DNA of 64,000 nt from a candidate division WOR-3 bacterium (GTDB lineage: Bacteria; Hydrothermota; 32-111), in NCBI GenBank assembly GCA_039804105.1, contig JBDRZU010000001.1, positions 1,248,001 through 1,312,000 on the forward strand, in the 5' to 3' direction. Within the stretch, counting starts at the first letter, position 1. Each line of letters starts with the position of its first letter. The translations under genes and the position numbers were made by a program. Under the pieces are notes generated by a model. That model did no database searches. It was given only the letters and a program-made list of their open reading frames with translations, and was not told where the DNA came from. This document shows positions 48,899 to 58,728 of the stretch, piece by piece.

Positions 48899-51800
48899 TT
48901 GTATTTAAGTGAGTTGAGGATCTATGGATTTAAGTCGTTTCCAGACCCTATAACGATAAGATTTGAAAGGGGAATAACTGGTTTTGTTGGTCCAAATGGT
49001 TCAGGTAAATCAAACATTGTTGATGCGATAAGATGGGTTTTAGGAGAACAGTCAGCGAAAGAGTTAAGGGCAACTTTGCATGAAGACCTTATATTTGATG
49101 GAACGAACAAAAGAGCACCATCAAACCTTGCGTCAGTTTCCGTAAGGTTTGTTAACGACGATGGTGAATTGCCTTTAAATTTTACTGAAATAGAGATAGA
49201 AAGAAAAATTTATAAATCAGGTGAATCACAATATCTTATAAACAAAGAGAGTGTAAGATTAAAAGATGTTCAGCATCTACTTGCTGAGATGGGACTTGGA
49301 ACTAAAACATATTCACTATTTAAAAAGTCATTGATAGAGGATATTGTTAACGATAGGGCGGATGCTTTAAGGAATCTATTTGAAGAGTCAGCGGGAATAA
49401 CTATATATAAAAACTCGAAAAAGGAAACTTTAAGAAAACTGATAGCAACACAGGAGAATCTAAACAGGATAAACGATCTTATAATGGAGATAGAAAAGAA
49501 TGCAAAAGAGTTGAAAAAACAGGCAGGGAGAACGAAAAAATATTTTGAGATGAAAACTCTATATCAGAATCTTTCTCAGGATTTTTACAGAAAAAAGAAT
49601 GTTAAACTTGAAGAAGAACTTTTAAAAATTGAAAAACAGATAAATGAAAAGAATGAAAGGATAGAGAACTTTCATAAAGAGATAGAAAATATAAAAAAAC
49701 AGATAGAAGAAAAAAGAAATGAAAAATATGAACTTGAAAATCAACTTGAGATAAAACTTGGAGAAAAAGAAAGTTTACAGAAAAATCTTTTTGAACTCAA
49801 AAACGGTGTTTCAATTTTGAACGAAAGAATAAAAGGTCTTGAAACTCAGATTAAAAATAAAGAAGAGTTTAAGGAAAAGATTACAGAAGAAATGCCTTTG
49901 AAAAGGGAAAGGTTAAAAAATGATTTGGAAAAGGTCGAGAATTTAAAAACAAGGATAGAAAAGATTGAAAATGATAGAAATTCTTTAGGGGAAAACGATG
50001 TTGAAACACTTTACAGAAAAAGTGAAAACGAGTTTGAGCAAATCTCATCCCAAATCAGAAAGATAGATGGAGAGATAGTTGTTTTGAATTCAAAGGTTAA
50101 CTCTTTGAAAACAAGGATTGAGTATGAGGAAAATATAATACAAGAAAAGAAAAAAGAGTTGGATGAAGAGAACAAGAAAAGTGAAACGAATTTTGTTGAA
50201 CTTGAAAAATTAAAAAAAGAGAAGGAAGAGATTTTAAACCAGATAGAAAAGATAAAAGAAGAAATAAATGGAATTGATTCAAAAAGACAGGAGTTAAGAT
50301 CAAAAGAAAAAGAACTTTATGATAAAAGGGATCTTTTAAACAAAAATATCATCGTTGAAAAAACAAAGATAGAGCAGATTGAACAGAGAATAAGAGAAAC
50401 AAAGGAAAGTTTTAAAGATGTTTTAAAAATATTACAAAAAGATGATATCGAACTGATAAGAAACCTTGTAAAACCAAAAGAAGGTTATGAGCAAGTAGTT
50501 GAAACAGCACTCTCAGTTATTTTGAATGGTATAGTGTTAAGTAAAGATGATATAGAAAAGTTGAAAGGAAAAGTGACTCCTCAGGTTCAAATAATATTGA
50601 AAGATTTAAAATATAAAAAAGATGAAAGTGAGGATGTATACCTACTTTCAAATTATATCGATGGACCAGATTTCATAAAGGATTACTTTTCAAACTTTAA
50701 AATTGTTCAAAGTGTAGATTTTGATAACCTTGAAGGTGAAAAATATCTTGTCACTAAAGATGGATTCCTTGTTACGCCTGACAAAATCTTTATAAAATCA
50801 GGTGAAATAAAAGTTTTGAATTTTGTAAATGAGATAGAGAGTTGCCATAAAAACATAAATGAATATGAAAGGGAAATCGAACAGGTTCAAAAACAAATCG
50901 ATCAGATAAAAAACGAAATAAAAGATTTGAATTTAAACTATGATAAAAAGAGGAACCTATTGAATGAATTTTCTGCAAAAGAAAAGTTTACTCTTGAAAG
51001 TATAAAGGCGTTTGAAAAAAATGTTGAAGCGAAAAAATCTTATATTTTAAAAATAGAGGAGAAAATAAAAGAAGTAAATGAGAAAAAATTGGGTTATGAG
51101 AAGGAAATGGATGATAGCAAAGAAAAGATAAAAGAACTTGAACAGGAGAAAGAGAAACTTTTAGGTGAGGTTAAAAGGGTTGAAGAAGAGTTTACAAAGA
51201 AAAGGGATGAATACATAGTTTTTAAAAACAGAAAAGATGAAATAGAAACTGTTTACAGAGAACTTCTGAAAGAAAAAGAAAATGTTGAAAGGGATATAAA
51301 AGAGATAGAAAACATTTTGGCTGGATATGAAAAAGAAGTTTCAAATTTTAACACTTTCTTTGAAGAAGCGAAATCACAGATTAAAAAGTATGAAAGTGAG
51401 ATAGATCAAAAAGAAGAGAATATTCTTAAACTTGAAAAGGATGTGGAAACAATAGACGATCAGATCAAAAATCTAAATGAAAAGATAGATGAGATAGAAA
51501 GTATTTTGAAAGAGGAAGAAGAAAAGGAAGAAGAGTTAAGAAATCTAATAGAAGAGATTACAAGAGAAAATGAAGAAAATTTACTTGCAAGAGAAAGGGT
51601 TTTAATAGAAAAGAAAAATAATGATGAAAAGATAGATTTGAATTTTGAAATAGATTACGATCTGATCTCAAAATATGTTGATACAGAAGAGGAAGAGATA
51701 AAATTTCTTGATGAAAAGATTAAAAATTTTGGTCCCGTTAACGAACTCGCTTTTCAGGAATATACTGAAACATCAGCACGTCTTGAAGAAATCTTAAAAC

Positions 51801-52357
51801 AGAAAGAGGATGTTGTTCAATCAAAAGAAAATCTTGAAAAAACGATAAAAACACTTGATGCTAAAGCAAAAATTTTATTCTCTCAATATTTTGATACGAT
51901 AAGGGTTTCTTTCAAGGAACTATTTTCAGAGATATATAAAAATGGAAAAGCCGATATAATCCTTGTTGATGAGGAAAACCCCCTTGAAAGTGATATAAAT
52001 ATTATTTTTGAACCTGGTGAGAAAAAGATAGGAAATCTTATAAAACTTTCTGAAGGTGAAAGAGGGATGATGATAGTTATACTCCTTTTTGCAATGTATA
52101 TGGTTAAACCGACACCTGTATGTATAATGGATGAGATAGATGCACCATTTGATGATGCAACAGTTGAAAGTTTCAGCAATTTGCTTAGAAAATTCAGAGA
52201 TAAAACTCAGTTTATAATAATTACACATAACAAAAGAACGATGGAATTCTGCGATTTTCTATTTGGAGTTACGATGGAAGAAAGTGGAGTCACAAATGTT
52301 TTCTCTTTGAATCTTCAGACGATATCAGAAAGGTTTTTGAAAGATGCTACTTCATAA
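48899..52357 (+). CDS. smc: Chromosome segregation protein SMC
   Basis: GFKSF, GPNGSGKSN, coiled coils, GPVN..A..EY, DEIDAP.D, ITHN. Confidence 0.93.
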   Translation: MYLSELRIYGFKSFPDPITIRFERGITGFVGPNGSGKSNIVDAIRWVLGEQSAKELRATLHEDLIFDGTNKRAPSNLASVSVRFVNDDGELPLNFTEIEIERKIYKSGESQYLINKESVRLKDVQHLLAEMGLGTKTYSLFKKSLIEDIVNDRADALRNLFEESAGITIYKNSKKETLRKLIATQENLNRINDLIMEIEKNAKELKKQAGRTKKYFEMKTLYQNLSQDFYRKKNVKLEEELLKIEKQINEKNERIENFHKEIENIKKQIEEKRNEKYELENQLEIKLGEKESLQKNLFELKNGVSILNERIKGLETQIKNKEEFKEKITEEMPLKRERLKNDLEKVENLKTRIEKIENDRNSLGENDVETLYRKSENEFEQISSQIRKIDGEIVVLNSKVNSLKTRIEYEENIIQEKKKELDEENKKSETNFVELEKLKKEKEEILNQIEKIKEEINGIDSKRQELRSKEKELYDKRDLLNKNIIVEKTKIEQIEQRIRETKESFKDVLKILQKDDIELIRNLVKPKEGYEQVVETALSVILNGIVLSKDDIEKLKGKVTPQVQIILKDLKYKKDESEDVYLLSNYIDGPDFIKDYFSNFKIVQSVDFDNLEGEKYLVTKDGFLVTPDKIFIKSGEIKVLNFVNEIESCHKNINEYEREIEQVQKQIDQIKNEIKDLNLNYDKKRNLLNEFSAKEKFTLESIKAFEKNVEAKKSYILKIEEKIKEVNEKKLGYEKEMDDSKEKIKELEQEKEKLLGEVKRVEEEFTKKRDEYIVFKNRKDEIETVYRELLKEKENVERDIKEIENILAGYEKEVSNFNTFFEEAKSQIKKYESEIDQKEENILKLEKDVETIDDQIKNLNEKIDEIESILKEEEEKEEELRNLIEEITRENEENLLARERVLIEKKNNDEKIDLNFEIDYDLISKYVDTEEEEIKFLDEKIKNFGPVNELAFQEYTETSARLEEILKQKEDVVQSKENLEKTIKTLDAKAKILFSQYFDTIRVSFKELFSEIYKNGKADIILVDEENPLESDINIIFEPGEKKIGNLIKLSEGERGMMIVILLFAMYMVKPTPVCIMDEIDAPFDDATVESFSNLLRKFRDKTQFIIITHNKRTMEFCDFLFGVTMEESGVTNVFSLNLQTISERFLKDATS

Positions 52358-53231
52358 ATTAAAAAATATTTTTCAAAAAGCAAAACTCCCTTTAAAAGAT
52401 GTTGTTCAAAGTGCTGTTTTTGGTGGAAAGAGAGAGGACTATGATTTTATTGAAGAACAGTTGATCCTTTCAGATATAGGAATTGAAACAGCACAAAAAA
52501 TTATTAAAAAGTTGAAAGAACGAGTAAAAGAAGGTGTAATAATTGGAAGAGAGAATATTGTCGAAGAGTTGAAAAAGATATTAAAGGAAATACTCAAAGA
52601 TCCAGTTTATTTCAATCTTGATGAAACAAATATAATTCTTGTTTCAGGTGTTAACGGTTCTGGAAAGACAACATCTATAGGTAAACTTGCAAACTACCTT
52701 GTAAAAAATGAAAAAAAGGTTCTTCTTGGTGCATGTGATACATTCAGGGCTGCTGCGTTTGATCAGATAGAGATATGGGGTAACAGGGCAAACTCATTTG
52801 TTTATATACCTGAAAATGAGAAAGAACCGGCAGCAGCTGCGTTTGAATCGGTAAAATATGGCATTGAGAACAGGTTTGATAAAATTATAATAGATACAGC
52901 AGGAAGGATGCATACAAACAAGAATCTTATGGAAGAATTGAAAAAACTTTATAATGTATTAAAGTTAAAATTTCCACAATTACCAATTTTTTCAATACTT
53001 GTAATAGATGCAACAAATGGAAAAAACACTTTACAACAGGCAAAAAACTTTAAAGAAGCGGTCAATATTGATACGATTTTTTTGACCAAAATGGATGGAA
53101 CAGCAAAGGGTGGGTCTGTGATCACGATTGCAGATGAGCTGTGTTTGCCGATTTCATATATTGGTGTTGGGGAAGGTATAGACGATTTAGAGTTTTTTGA
53201 TAAAGATCTTTTCGTCAATTCTATTCTATAA
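52344..53231 (+). CDS. ftsY: SRP receptor FtsY
   Basis: GVNGSGKTT, DTFRAAA, DTAGR, TKMDGTAKGG. Confidence 0.96.
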   Translation: MLLHKLKNIFQKAKLPLKDVVQSAVFGGKREDYDFIEEQLILSDIGIETAQKIIKKLKERVKEGVIIGRENIVEELKKILKEILKDPVYFNLDETNIILVSGVNGSGKTTSIGKLANYLVKNEKKVLLGACDTFRAAAFDQIEIWGNRANSFVYIPENEKEPAAAAFESVKYGIENRFDKIIIDTAGRMHTNKNLMEELKKLYNVLKLKFPQLPIFSILVIDATNGKNTLQQAKNFKEAVNIDTIFLTKMDGTAKGGSVITIADELCLPISYIGVGEGIDDLEFFDKDLFVNSIL

Positions 53232-53243
53232 TCTATAAAAATA

Positions 53244-53273
53244 AAAACTCCCTCTTTTACAAGAGGGAGTTTT
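53244..53273. terminator. Bidirectional intrinsic terminator
   Basis: AAAACTCCCTCTT-ttac-AAGAGGGAGTTTT between convergent genes. Confidence 0.88.
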
Positions 53274-53295
53274 CAGCGGGATTGGGAAACACTTT

Positions 53296-56097
53296 TTATT
53301 TTACGATATTCAATTTTAAAGATAGGTTATTGTTCTTCTCTTTTATGAAATAAACACCTGATGGTAAATCTTTAACATTTACAAAGAACTTTGAATAACC
53401 TTTTTCTATTATACCAGAAAAAATATTTTTTACAAGAGCACCTGAAGAGTTATATATACCGAGTTCAATTTTTTGCTCCTTTGGGATTGAAAGTTCCAAA
53501 ACGATGTTATCTTTGGTTAAGTTATTGTTTAATAACATGTTAAACTCTTTAACCAGTGCTTTTGGAGTTATGGATATTTTCCCGATCTCAACAACTTTAC
53601 CATTATTTGTAATCCCAATAACTCGATATTCTGTTGAAATATTTTTAATATCTTTATCTTTATAAAATCTCTGGTCAGGTTTCAATTCAGCAACAATTGT
53701 ATAAAATTTTTCATCAATTCTTTTTCTTTCGACTCTTATAAGTGTTATATCATTTATTTCTGAAAAATTCCATTTCAAAAGAATACCGTCTTTCTGTAAA
53801 ATTGCTGAAATCGATGATTCGTTGATTCCAATATTTGTTGTCATATCGAGTATTGATCTTGGATAAACTTCATAGGTTGACCAGTAAGGTTCAGAAGTAT
53901 CATACTGAGTTAAAATTCCAACTATCTGCTTTGGCCATGTTGGTTCTGGAGAATCATCTATGTCAGTATCAGAATCAACCCATACAAGAAATGTATCTAT
54001 TTGTTTTGTTCCATTTTTACTAAACACAGTATCCCTGAAAACAAGAAGTGCATTTGTTCCTGGTGTTGGCCATGTTCCACCTATTCTTGCTGCTGCGTTT
54101 ATTTTTAAAAGTAGTCCCTCATAAGTATCTCCAACAGTATCTCTTAAATGGTCAGCTGTTAAAAGTATTGTATCGATAAGGTGACCTGTACTTATCTTTG
54201 TTAATTTTGAATATGGATTTCCAATTCTTGTTTGACCATTATAAAATGTTATAGTTCCTTCAACAATAACAGAGTCAGTAGGTATAACAGTTTCAGAACC
54301 ATCATTTTTTATAGAGTCGTTTTTCCAGACAGCACCGAGGATATAATTTTGCTGTATATTTATTATATTCTGTGTTGGGGTGAATGCACCAGTTCCAACA
54401 GTTACAATTCCTGTTGTTCTTGTAAGATAACCAAGGTATTTTGGTTTTCCCACAGAATCATTTTCTTTATACCTTGGAATTGGAGTGATACCCCAGAAAA
54501 ATCTTTCGGGATTTGATTGAACAACTCTATTTAAAGAATCAACTACTTCAACATAACATTCAAATCTACATCCATCACCCCTACTACTTAAAATATATCT
54601 ATAAAGAGTATCTCCTGAAATTAAAGACATGTTATAGGTATCTATTACCGAACTGTCATAACTACTTGCAATGAGTTTAACTGATTTTAAAGGCACTTCA
54701 TGTTTTATAATAGCCCAAACAGTATCTTGTTGTGTAGATAAAGGAATAACTGGATTTCTTGTTACGCTTGAGATTACCGTGTTTGCAGCACCGATAGTAT
54801 CGTTGTAAAGTTCGATATACTCATAAAGGTAGTTTGTTGTATTATCAACAACCTCAGTAATAACCATTCCTCTACCTTTATTTATAATTGTGGATCCAAC
54901 TGAACCCGGGGTTGCATTTGTGGTAGTGAAAGTGTTGAAAGAAAAATTGTTTAGATTTGTTGAATCCCTAAAATAAATTCTGTTCGTTACCAGATTGAAG
55001 AATGTGGTGTCAACTTTGTTTCCAAGATTATCATATAAAGAGAAAGTTTCATCTCCATTTATAGTTGGCATATTGTATGTTGAGTCAATAAAAATCACAT
55101 TCGAAGGAAGTGTAATTCCATAATGTGCTTCAAAATTTGATTTTGTAGCACCTCTACAAACTATGACAAAATATCCACCAGGGACATTTATATCACCAAA
55201 AGTATAGGTATAAGATGAATTATACTGTTTTAACTGCCATCCGTTCAGATTGAAAGATTGTGTTATTTTTTGTTTTACTATAAATGTAAAAGTATCAGAA
55301 ACGGTTTCGTCTCCATAATCATCTTTTGCTTTTATAACATATCTTACAGTATCATTTGCCGAAAAATTTCCTATTTTATAAAAATAAGTTGTAAGATATA
55401 AAGAATCATGTGTTTTTTTATTCCAAGAGCCATTGTTTATGCTGTAAAAAATAGTATCAGAAACAAGCGATCCATCATCTGTTATGTTACAAGAAATTGT
55501 AACATTATCGTTTTCAAACGGTATTGCCGGAATAGTCGTGACATTGCTGATTGTTGGTTTTGTATTAACAAATCCACCTGTATCATTGTAAAGTTCAACA
55601 TATTCGTAAAGATAGTTTGCAGCATCACAAACTTCTGTAATAACAATTCCTTTTCCTTTGTTAAAAACTGTTGAACCAATTGATCCAGGTGTTGCGCTGG
55701 TTGTTGAGAATGTCAGAGAAGAAAAAGTGTTTGTGTTTGTTGAATCTCTATAATAAACCCTTCCAGTTGTTAAAGACATATAAGTTGTATCAATTTTAAC
55801 ACCTAAATTGTTATAGAGTGAAAAGGTTTCAGCACCATTTAAAACTGGAAGAGTTCCAACAGAGTCAAGGAAAATCACATTTGAAGGAAGTGTGACTCCA
55901 TAGTATGCTTCAAAATTTGCTTTTCTTGCACCTCTACACACAATCACAAAATATCCACCAGGGACATTTATGTTACCAAAAGTGTAAGTGTAAGAAGAGT
56001 TGTACTGTTTTAATTGCCATCCGTTAATATTGTAATCTGTTGAAAAAATCCAAAGAAATGCCATTAAAATCAAAATAAAAATAAATGATTTTTTCAT
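53296..56097 (-). CDS. Secreted multi-domain protein with a duplicated lamin-tail-like domain and T9SS-like C-terminal domain
   Basis: Signal peptide; two ~150-aa copies starting NGWQLKQYNSSYTYTFG; SGVYFIK tail. Confidence 0.7.
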   Translation of the reverse strand: MKKSFIFILILMAFLWIFSTDYNINGWQLKQYNSSYTYTFGNINVPGGYFVIVCRGARKANFEAYYGVTLPSNVIFLDSVGTLPVLNGAETFSLYNNLGVKIDTTYMSLTTGRVYYRDSTNTNTFSSLTFSTTSATPGSIGSTVFNKGKGIVITEVCDAANYLYEYVELYNDTGGFVNTKPTISNVTTIPAIPFENDNVTISCNITDDGSLVSDTIFYSINNGSWNKKTHDSLYLTTYFYKIGNFSANDTVRYVIKAKDDYGDETVSDTFTFIVKQKITQSFNLNGWQLKQYNSSYTYTFGDINVPGGYFVIVCRGATKSNFEAHYGITLPSNVIFIDSTYNMPTINGDETFSLYDNLGNKVDTTFFNLVTNRIYFRDSTNLNNFSFNTFTTTNATPGSVGSTIINKGRGMVITEVVDNTTNYLYEYIELYNDTIGAANTVISSVTRNPVIPLSTQQDTVWAIIKHEVPLKSVKLIASSYDSSVIDTYNMSLISGDTLYRYILSSRGDGCRFECYVEVVDSLNRVVQSNPERFFWGITPIPRYKENDSVGKPKYLGYLTRTTGIVTVGTGAFTPTQNIINIQQNYILGAVWKNDSIKNDGSETVIPTDSVIVEGTITFYNGQTRIGNPYSKLTKISTGHLIDTILLTADHLRDTVGDTYEGLLLKINAAARIGGTWPTPGTNALLVFRDTVFSKNGTKQIDTFLVWVDSDTDIDDSPEPTWPKQIVGILTQYDTSEPYWSTYEVYPRSILDMTTNIGINESSISAILQKDGILLKWNFSEINDITLIRVERKRIDEKFYTIVAELKPDQRFYKDKDIKNISTEYRVIGITNNGKVVEIGKISITPKALVKEFNMLLNNNLTKDNIVLELSIPKEQKIELGIYNSSGALVKNIFSGIIEKGYSKFFVNVKDLPSGVYFIKEKNNNLSLKLNIVK

Positions 56098-56119
56098 AAG
56101 AAACTCCCCTTAAAAATTT

Positions 56120-56476
56120 TTATTTTTCTTGAAATGTTCTTCCCACCTCTAAAGAAATTGAAAAATTATCTTTTTTATAAGTTAATCCAATGTTTGAAAG
56201 TATAAGATTTTCTTTTAAATTATAATTTAGATACCCAAAACCATAATTAATGATAATATTGTCATTAAGTTTTGAGAAATAGTTAGCATTTAATAACGAA
56301 TATGATATTTTATAATTGTTATTGAATAAAAATCCGGTTGAAAAAGAGTATGATTGGGAATCAGGTTTTAAAAATGATGAAATAGTTTTAAAGTTTTTGT
56401 AATCACTAAAATTTTGTGGAAAAACAGAAGAAAACAAAACGAAAATAATAAACGATATAAAAAATATCTTTTTCAT
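56120..56476 (-). CDS. Hypothetical exported protein
   Basis: Signal peptide; beta-rich sequence. Confidence 0.65.
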   Translation of the reverse strand: MKKIFFISFIIFVLFSSVFPQNFSDYKNFKTISSFLKPDSQSYSFSTGFLFNNNYKISYSLLNANYFSKLNDNIIINYGFGYLNYNLKENLILSNIGLTYKKDNFSISLEVGRTFQEK

Positions 56477-56615
56477 ACAACTAAATTTTAAACATCAAAA
56501 ATATTAAAGTCAAGGGTAACCAAATTTTTTAACAGAAAATTAACATTTTGTGAAGAATTTGACAAAAAATTGATTTTTGACAAAAAAATGTTATAATCTA
56601 AAAAAAGGAGAAGAG

Positions 56616-57833
56616 ATGCTCATTGATGAACTCAACAAAAGTATGGTTGACTCATTTTTAGAAAAGTTTAAAAGGTTAAATCAAGAGGAACCTGATAAAA
56701 GAATAGTGGAAGGATTTTTGAAAGTTTATAGACATTATTTTGTCCCCTATGTATATGAAGAAAAGGATGGGATTTTTGTGAAGCAGGATTTGAATTATAC
56801 ATTTTTAAAAGATGAACTTTTGAAAAAAATTTATGTAGATACACCACTTGTTGTTCTTGTAGAAAATAACAAAGTTATTTCAACATCTTCTCAACCATTT
56901 GTTATGGCGATCATGGCAAGAGATGCAAACATCAGAGAAGGTGGAAAAATCCTTGAAATAGGAACTGGTTCAGGATACAACGCTGCGATACTCGCTTATA
57001 TATCAGGAAAAGAGGAAAATGTTGTTACAATCGAGATAGACAAAAAAGTAACAGAGTTTGCTTTAGAAAATTTGAAAAGGGCAGGATTTTCAAAGATAAA
57101 GGTTATAAACATAGATGGGGGACTTGGATATTCTCAGTTAGCCCCTTATGATTCAATAATAGCAACATGTGGTTGCCCTGAAATCCCTTTCTTTGAACAG
57201 TTGAAGGATGGAGGGTATCTTTCCATACCACTTGTAACAAGAGGGATTGAAACTCTTGTCTCCTTTAGAAAAGAGAATAACAAACTTGTTGGAAAACCAA
57301 CACTTTTTGTGAAATTCCTTCATTTTGAAGGTGTGTTTTCAGATAAAAGACAATTTGCAAAAAATATTCAATCATTACAAAGAATTGTTGAAACTTATGG
57401 TAAAAAAAGGGATGATTTAAAGCAAGAACTCTCAGATATTATTGAAAATGAAAACGATGAGGAAAATTTAAAACTCGAAAAAAGAAAAAGAAGAGCAAAT
57501 TTTAACTTTTTCCTTGCGATTTCAAATGATGATGCCATCATGTATGAGTCAGATATAAAAGGAAGGGAAAGTGGTTATGGTTTATGGCACTCAGTTTTAA
57601 AAACATCGGACAATGGACTTGTGATACTTTTTTCGAACGAGATAATAAGTTGGGGAAGCGAGAGTGTTGTTGAGAAATATGTTTCTTTCTATAAAAAATG
57701 GAAAGAATTGAATTGCCCATCTCTTGAAAATTATTCTATAGAATTTTTTCCTGAAAATGTTGCTTTTTCATCCGAAGAAGATGACTATACTGTTAACAGA
57801 AAATATGGAAGAACTGTTTTCAGATTAACTTAA
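56616..57833 (+). CDS. Protein-L-isoaspartate O-methyltransferase-like protein with long C-terminal extension
   Basis: RHYFVP, STSSQP, LEIGTGSGYNAA, APYDSIIAT; ATG after SD AAGGAG. Confidence 0.8.
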   Translation: MLIDELNKSMVDSFLEKFKRLNQEEPDKRIVEGFLKVYRHYFVPYVYEEKDGIFVKQDLNYTFLKDELLKKIYVDTPLVVLVENNKVISTSSQPFVMAIMARDANIREGGKILEIGTGSGYNAAILAYISGKEENVVTIEIDKKVTEFALENLKRAGFSKIKVINIDGGLGYSQLAPYDSIIATCGCPEIPFFEQLKDGGYLSIPLVTRGIETLVSFRKENNKLVGKPTLFVKFLHFEGVFSDKRQFAKNIQSLQRIVETYGKKRDDLKQELSDIIENENDEENLKLEKRKRRANFNFFLAISNDDAIMYESDIKGRESGYGLWHSVLKTSDNGLVILFSNEIISWGSESVVEKYVSFYKKWKELNCPSLENYSIEFFPENVAFSSEEDDYTVNRKYGRTVFRLT

Positions 57834-58639
57834 TTTTTAAGAAGCAAAATACGGACTGCAACAATAAATAGGGCAACCGAAAGAAAATATAAAAGAAATT
57901 CATCTTTGACTTTTTTTGAAAGTTTTGCTCCAATCTGAGCCCCTGGGATTATTCCGAGAATAAGAAAAAAAGAGTTCAAAAGAATAAATTTATCGATACC
58001 GGATAGTATATGGGTTAAAACGCTAACAAAACTCATCACCATCAGAACAAAATGTGATGTTGCGGTCGCTATATGAGGTGGGAAGCATAAAAGTTTTATC
58101 ATAAATGGAACATGTAATACTCCACCACCGATTCCAAAAATTGGTGAAAGAAAACCGACAATAAAACTTAAAATTAAACCTGTTAAAAGATTATATGAAA
58201 ATTTAAACTCATTATCAAATCCATCTTTGATATAACAAGTTTTTAAAAAATTAGAAAAATTTTTCTCATTCTGTTCAATTCTTTTAAAGAAGAGTAGAAA
58301 TAAAGTTATAAATATCAGAAAAATTCCAAATATGAGATTATATCTTTCTCTGTTTATATGGTTTGTTATAATTGTTCCAGCTATAGAACCTGGTATGATT
58401 ATCAAAGAAAAAAGGAAAGCAGTTTGAAGTTCAACCCTTTTCATTTTTAAATATGCGTATGTTCCTGAAAGTGAATTGAAAAATATTGAAATCATCGATA
58501 TAGATGTTAACTCTTTTGGTGTTTTGTTTGAAAAGTATACCATCATAAAAGGCATCAATAAAAATCCACCACCAGCTCCCATAAGAGTTCCTATGATTCC
58601 CACTAAAAATCCAACAGGTATCAAAATTAATATTTTCAT
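57830..58639 (-). CDS. TSUP (TauE/SafE) family transporter
   Basis: GTLMGAGGG, GIGGG...VP, ATATSHF, GAQIGA. Confidence 0.9.
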   Translation of the reverse strand: MKILILIPVGFLVGIIGTLMGAGGGFLLMPFMMVYFSNKTPKELTSISMISIFFNSLSGTYAYLKMKRVELQTAFLFSLIIIPGSIAGTIITNHINRERYNLIFGIFLIFITLFLLFFKRIEQNEKNFSNFLKTCYIKDGFDNEFKFSYNLLTGLILSFIVGFLSPIFGIGGGVLHVPFMIKLLCFPPHIATATSHFVLMVMSFVSVLTHILSGIDKFILLNSFFLILGIIPGAQIGAKLSKKVKDEFLLYFLSVALFIVAVRILLLKN

Positions 58640-58728
58640 AAACAAGATTATAACAGACCTTTTGAAAATTTAAAAGAAAATTTACATAATTGACTAATGT
58701 AAAATATAAAATATACTTTATGATTAGT

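Noticed and set aside
58679..58706. dif-like palindrome AATTTACATAA-TTGACT-AATGTAAAATA
   Set aside because: Only one arm resembles XerD; better explained as part of a divergent promoter.
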